Assembly: GCA_965233585.1 (NCBI GenBank)
Contig: CBDDTI010000616.1
Location: forward strand, 1 to 25,796
Length of the DNA stretch: 25,796 nt
From: a bacterium
Lineage (GTDB): Bacteria > SAR324 > NAC60-12
Reading direction: 5' to 3'
Shown here: positions 22,236 through 25,796 of the stretch, in pieces
Numbering within the stretch: position 1 is the first letter of the stretch
How the letters are laid out: every line of letters begins with the position of its first letter
Notes under the pieces: generated by a model
What the model saw: the letters and a program-made list of their open reading frames with translations, nothing else
Told to the model about the DNA's origin: nothing
Database searches by the model: none
Program-made: the position numbers and the translations under genes

Positions 22236-22961
22236 GTCAAGCTTGCTCGGTGCTGCGGCTGTATGCGTAAGACTATTGTTTTTTGCAGCTGAAAATCGTA
22301 AATCGTATTGGAATGGCTGCATCAAGGCTGCAAAAGTGAATTGTCAGCAGATTTTCTCAATTTTAGCCTTAATAATTTTCCTTTAAAAATTCCTTTTAAA
22401 AAGTACTTCAAAATCGTCTTTTTGTCGCTTTGGCGTCGAGATCTGGTTTTGGAGCTGCAATTTCCGACGCCGTTGCACATAGTTTTATTGTGTTTTGCAA
22501 CTCAGTCTCTGCAGATCGCATTGTAGTGGCTTCGTCAAGGTTGCTTGGTACAGGGGCTGTATGCGTAATACTATTGTCTTTTGCAGCTGAAGATCGTAAA
22601 TCGTATTGGAACGGCTGCATCAAGGCTGCGAAAGTAATTTGTCAGCAGATTTTCTCAATTTTAGCGCTGATAATTTTCCTTTTAAAATTCCTTTTCAAAA
22701 GTACTTCAAAATCGTCTTTTTGTCGCTTTGACGTCGAGATCATCCGGTTTTGGAAATGCAATTTCCGACGCCATTGCGCGTAGTTCTATTGTGTTTTGCA
22801 ACTCAGTCTCTACAGATCGCATTGTAGTGGCTGCGTCAAGGTTGCTTGGTGCAGCGGCTGCATGCGTAATACTATTGTCTTTTGCAGCTGAAGATCGTAA
22901 ATCGTTTTGGAATGGCTGTATCAAGGCTGCGAAAGTGATTTGTCAGCAGATTTTCTCAATT
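22219..22961. repeat. ~300-bp tandem repeat, 2.5 units, related to the 320-bp unit
   Basis: cattgtagtggct at 22221, 22519 and 22820 (periods 298, 301). Confidence 0.9.
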
Positions 22962-22964
22962 TAC

Positions 22965-23594
22965 AAGTTAATGTGAAGTATGAGGAAAGTGTTTGCATTC
23001 TACCGGGGTCGCGCACAGGTCATGTTCTTGGACAGCAACACTGCAACAGCTTCGTACAAAGCACGCACGCACGGGCCTGGCTGGCGCACGGCGCATGCAA
23101 GTTCCTTAGTAGTAGTACTGGGAAGTAATTCATGCAAGCTTAGGTGACATATGAGAAGAGATGAGCTGGGATAAGGTGAGAAGAGCTCAGATGAGATGAA
23201 GTGTGGAGTGTGAAGAGTGCAGTGTGAAGTGTGGGGCGTGAAGAGTGCAGTGTGAAGTGTGGAGTGTGAAGAAAGCAATGAGAAGTGAGAAGTGTGAAGT
23301 GTGGACTGTGAAGTGTGAAGTGTGGAGTGTGAAGTGTGAAGTGTGGATTGGGAAGAGTGCAGTATGAAGTGAGAAGTGTGGAGTGTGAAGTGTGAAGTGT
23401 TCAGTGTGGAGTGTGAAGAGTGCAGTGAGAAGTGTGAAGGGCGAAGTGGAGCTTCAAATGTGACATGTGAAACAAGGCACCACTTTCGCAGAGTGCACGC
23501 ACGCACGGGCTTGGCTGGCGGACGGCGCATGCAAGTTCTATAGATAATATATCTTTAAGGCAACTTCCGCCCCGCCTCGTGCGGGTACTACTGG
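22965..23594 (+). mobile_element. Non-autonomous repeat: 44-bp direct repeats around a (GTGTGRA)n heptamer array, ending in hairpin + CTGG (Helitron/Helentron-like)
   Basis: Direct repeats at 23061-23104 and 23495-23538 (2 mismatches). Heptamer array ~23195-23440. Terminal CCCGC-ctcgt-GCGGG tacta CTGG followed by T. The 5' boundary is approximate. Confidence 0.55.
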
Positions 23595-23779
23595 TATAGT
23601 ATATAAATAAAATTAAGATAAGGTAAATCAATACGAACTAAAAGGCATTAAGAGAAAAAGAAAAAATAAAAAGAAAATTAAGGAGATTCAAGAAGATGTA
23701 CACAAAAAGAAAAATCGTTAAAAAGAGTTAACAAGAGGTAAGAAATTATTGGTAAAATTAAAAAGTAATTTCATAATTT

Positions 23780-23920
23780 GTAACAAGAAGTCAGAAGTCC
23801 TGGAAAGAATATGGAAGTTTATCGCAGGTCCTATAAGTAAACCTTGTTTTTGATCCCATAGCGTTATATTTCTTAAACCTAGAAACTTCCGTCACCCGCC
23901 TTGCGCGGGTTCTACTTATA
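23780..23920 (+). repeat. Short element with GGAAGTTT/AAACTTCC inverted repeats and a 3' CCCGC..GCGGG hairpin
   Basis: ggaagttt at 23813-23820, aaacttcc at 23883-23890, and hairpin cccgc-cttgc-gcggg at 23895-23909. Confidence 0.5.
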
Positions 23921-24144
23921 TTATTATTATTTATTAACAAATCCCCCTACCATTCGTATAAAATAAAAATCAATCATAACACTAACCCTCCCTTAAATAA
24001 ATAAATAAGCAAATAAATAGATAAATAAAAATACATAGATAAATAAGTAAAAATATATAGAATAAATACACAAAATAAATAAAGACAACAAATAAGTTAT
24101 TAATCAAACAAATCATTTTTCATGCATATTGTATATATGTAAGA

Positions 24145-24912
24145 ATAAAAACGGGGTCCTAGCGATCAGGAACAAGACTCCCTATTGAGTAGAAAACGGT
24201 ATTGCATCTGGGCTGGTACCTTTCAAGAAAAGAAAATTCTTGGGGACCTTTTTTTAGAAGAGTAGTTAGATTTCCATTTTACAGGAACGGCCCTGCACAA
24301 AACTAATTGGGTAACAATGTTGATTCCTTTTTCTGTTACAATATTTACAATATTAATGCCCACTGATAAGTCCCCCTTACAACTTTTATAAAATGAAAAC
24401 CCGGCCAGACACTGCCCACCACTTCCAACAAATTACCCACCAAACAATAAAACACTGAGTCCCATTGATTGGGAAAAAGACCTCCTACGGGATAGAAAAG
24501 GTCTTTCCAAGGCCCAAAGTTTTGGATCTGGGCTGGTACCTTTCAAAAAAGAAACATCCTCGAGGACAGTTTTTTAGAAAAGTGGTTAGATTTCCATTTC
24601 ATAGGAGCAGCCCTGCTAAAAGCGGATTCGTTAATTGTGTTGATTACTTTTTTTATAACAGTATTTAATTTTGAAACTCCACCCTCCCACTCCTATAAAA
24701 TGAAAACCCAGCCGGACACTGATAGAAAAAAATATTGGGTCCCAGTGATCAGGAAAAAGACACCCTACTGAATAGAAAACGTATTTCCAAGGCCCAAAAT
24801 ATGGTTTCACGTTTGGATCTGAGCTGGTGCCTTTCAAGGAAAAAAAATCATTGGGGACCATTTTTTAGGCGATTGGATTTCCATTTTATAGGAGCAGCCC
24901 TGCACAAAACTG
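24145..24912. repeat. Diverged ~300-bp tandem repeat, ~2.6 units
   Basis: ctg(g/a)gctggt(a/g)cctttcaa at 24208, 24528 and 24819, each followed by gatttccattt and gccctgc. Confidence 0.85.
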
Positions 24913-25796
24913 ATTGTTCCTCCTATGTGTTTTGCAACGAGTGGTTGTGTCTGTGTGCGTAATTCTATGCGGTTCTTGAATTTCTGGTTGCAGATTGCAT
25001 TGGAATGGCTGCTTCAATGTCGTCATTTGATGTTACCACGTGCGTAGATAGGTGCGGGTTTGCCACGGGATGTTGCGAAACGCATTGTAATGGCTGGATA
25101 AATCTTACATGGGCTTTGGTCTGGGGAGGAAGCCGGAACACCAAACCTTATGTTTTCTGTGTAAAGTGACTGCAGCCGACGATGAAAGGTACCTCGTCTG
25201 TGCGACGGGTGCGGCTACGGTCGTTTTATGCGCGAATTGTTCCTCCTATGTGTTTTGCAACGAGTCGTTGTGTCTGTGTACGTAGTTCTATGCGGTTCTT
25301 AAATCTCTGGTTGCAAATTGCATTGGAACGGCTACTTCAATGTCGTAATTTAATCTTGCCACGTGCGTAGATAGGTGCGGGTTTGCCACGGGCTGCTGCG
25401 AAACGCATTGTAATTGCTGCATGAATGTTGTATGGTCTATGTTTTGGGGAGGAAGCCGGAGCACGAAACCTTGTGTTTTTCCGTGTAAAGTGGCTGCAGG
25501 CGACGATGAAAGGTACCTCGTGTCTGCGACGGGTGCGGCTGCGGTCGTTTTGTGCGCGAATTGTTCCTCCTATGTGTTTTGCAACGAGTGGTTGTGTCTG
25601 TGTGCGTAGTTCCATGCGGTTCTTCAATCGCTAGTTGCAGATTACATTGGAATGGCTGCTTCATTGTCGTCATTTAATGTTATTACGTCCATAGATAGGT
25701 GCAGGTTTGCTACGGGATGCTGCGAAACGCATTGTAGTGGCTGCGTCAAGCTTGCTCGGTGCTGCGGCTGTATGCGTAAGACTATTGTTTTTTGCA
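24913..25796 (+). repeat. Near-identical copy of 21404-22287 (offset 3509), probable second tandem segmental duplication running off the window
   Basis: About 3 substitutions in 884 bp. It reproduces unit-specific variants and the switch from the 320-bp to the 300-bp unit. Confidence 0.92.

Noticed and set aside
20605..22961. CRISPR array or protein-coding repeats (many short ORFs on both strands)
   Set aside because: Units are ~300-320 bp and similar along their whole length, with no unique spacers and no cas genes. The ORFs are short and broken differently in each unit.
23000..23530. 176-aa His/Thr/Ser-rich ORF on the minus strand
   Set aside because: It is the translation of the (GTGTGRA)n heptamer array.

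Overview
Repeat-dense, gene-free eukaryotic DNA. The repeat families resemble those of Symbiodiniaceae dinoflagellates, which is my inference and not verified. The main feature is a full-length but mutationally disabled Ty1/copia LTR retrotransposon at 3097-13365 (+). It has ~990-bp TG..CA LTRs, an AAAGA target-site duplication, a tRNA-iMet-type PBS and the order gag-PR-IN-RT-RNaseH. Unusually, RNase H runs in frame into a cytosine-5 DNA methyltransferase-like domain (10542-11106) that keeps the catalytic PC but has a non-canonical SAM-binding motif I. A separate small ORF (11558-12078) follows before the 3' LTR. The window also shows patchy, RIP-like C>T/G>A hypermutation: seven TAA/TAG stops, probably at former Gln codons, in 200 gag codons, and AT-rich tracts in which CpG survives. 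There are two kb-scale tandem duplications: 11998-20482, which creates a third LTR, and a 3509-bp offset copy starting at 24913. The rest comprises several ~300-bp tandem repeats, microsatellites and non-autonomous repeats that share a Helitron-like 3' hairpin. No host protein-coding or RNA gene could be supported.
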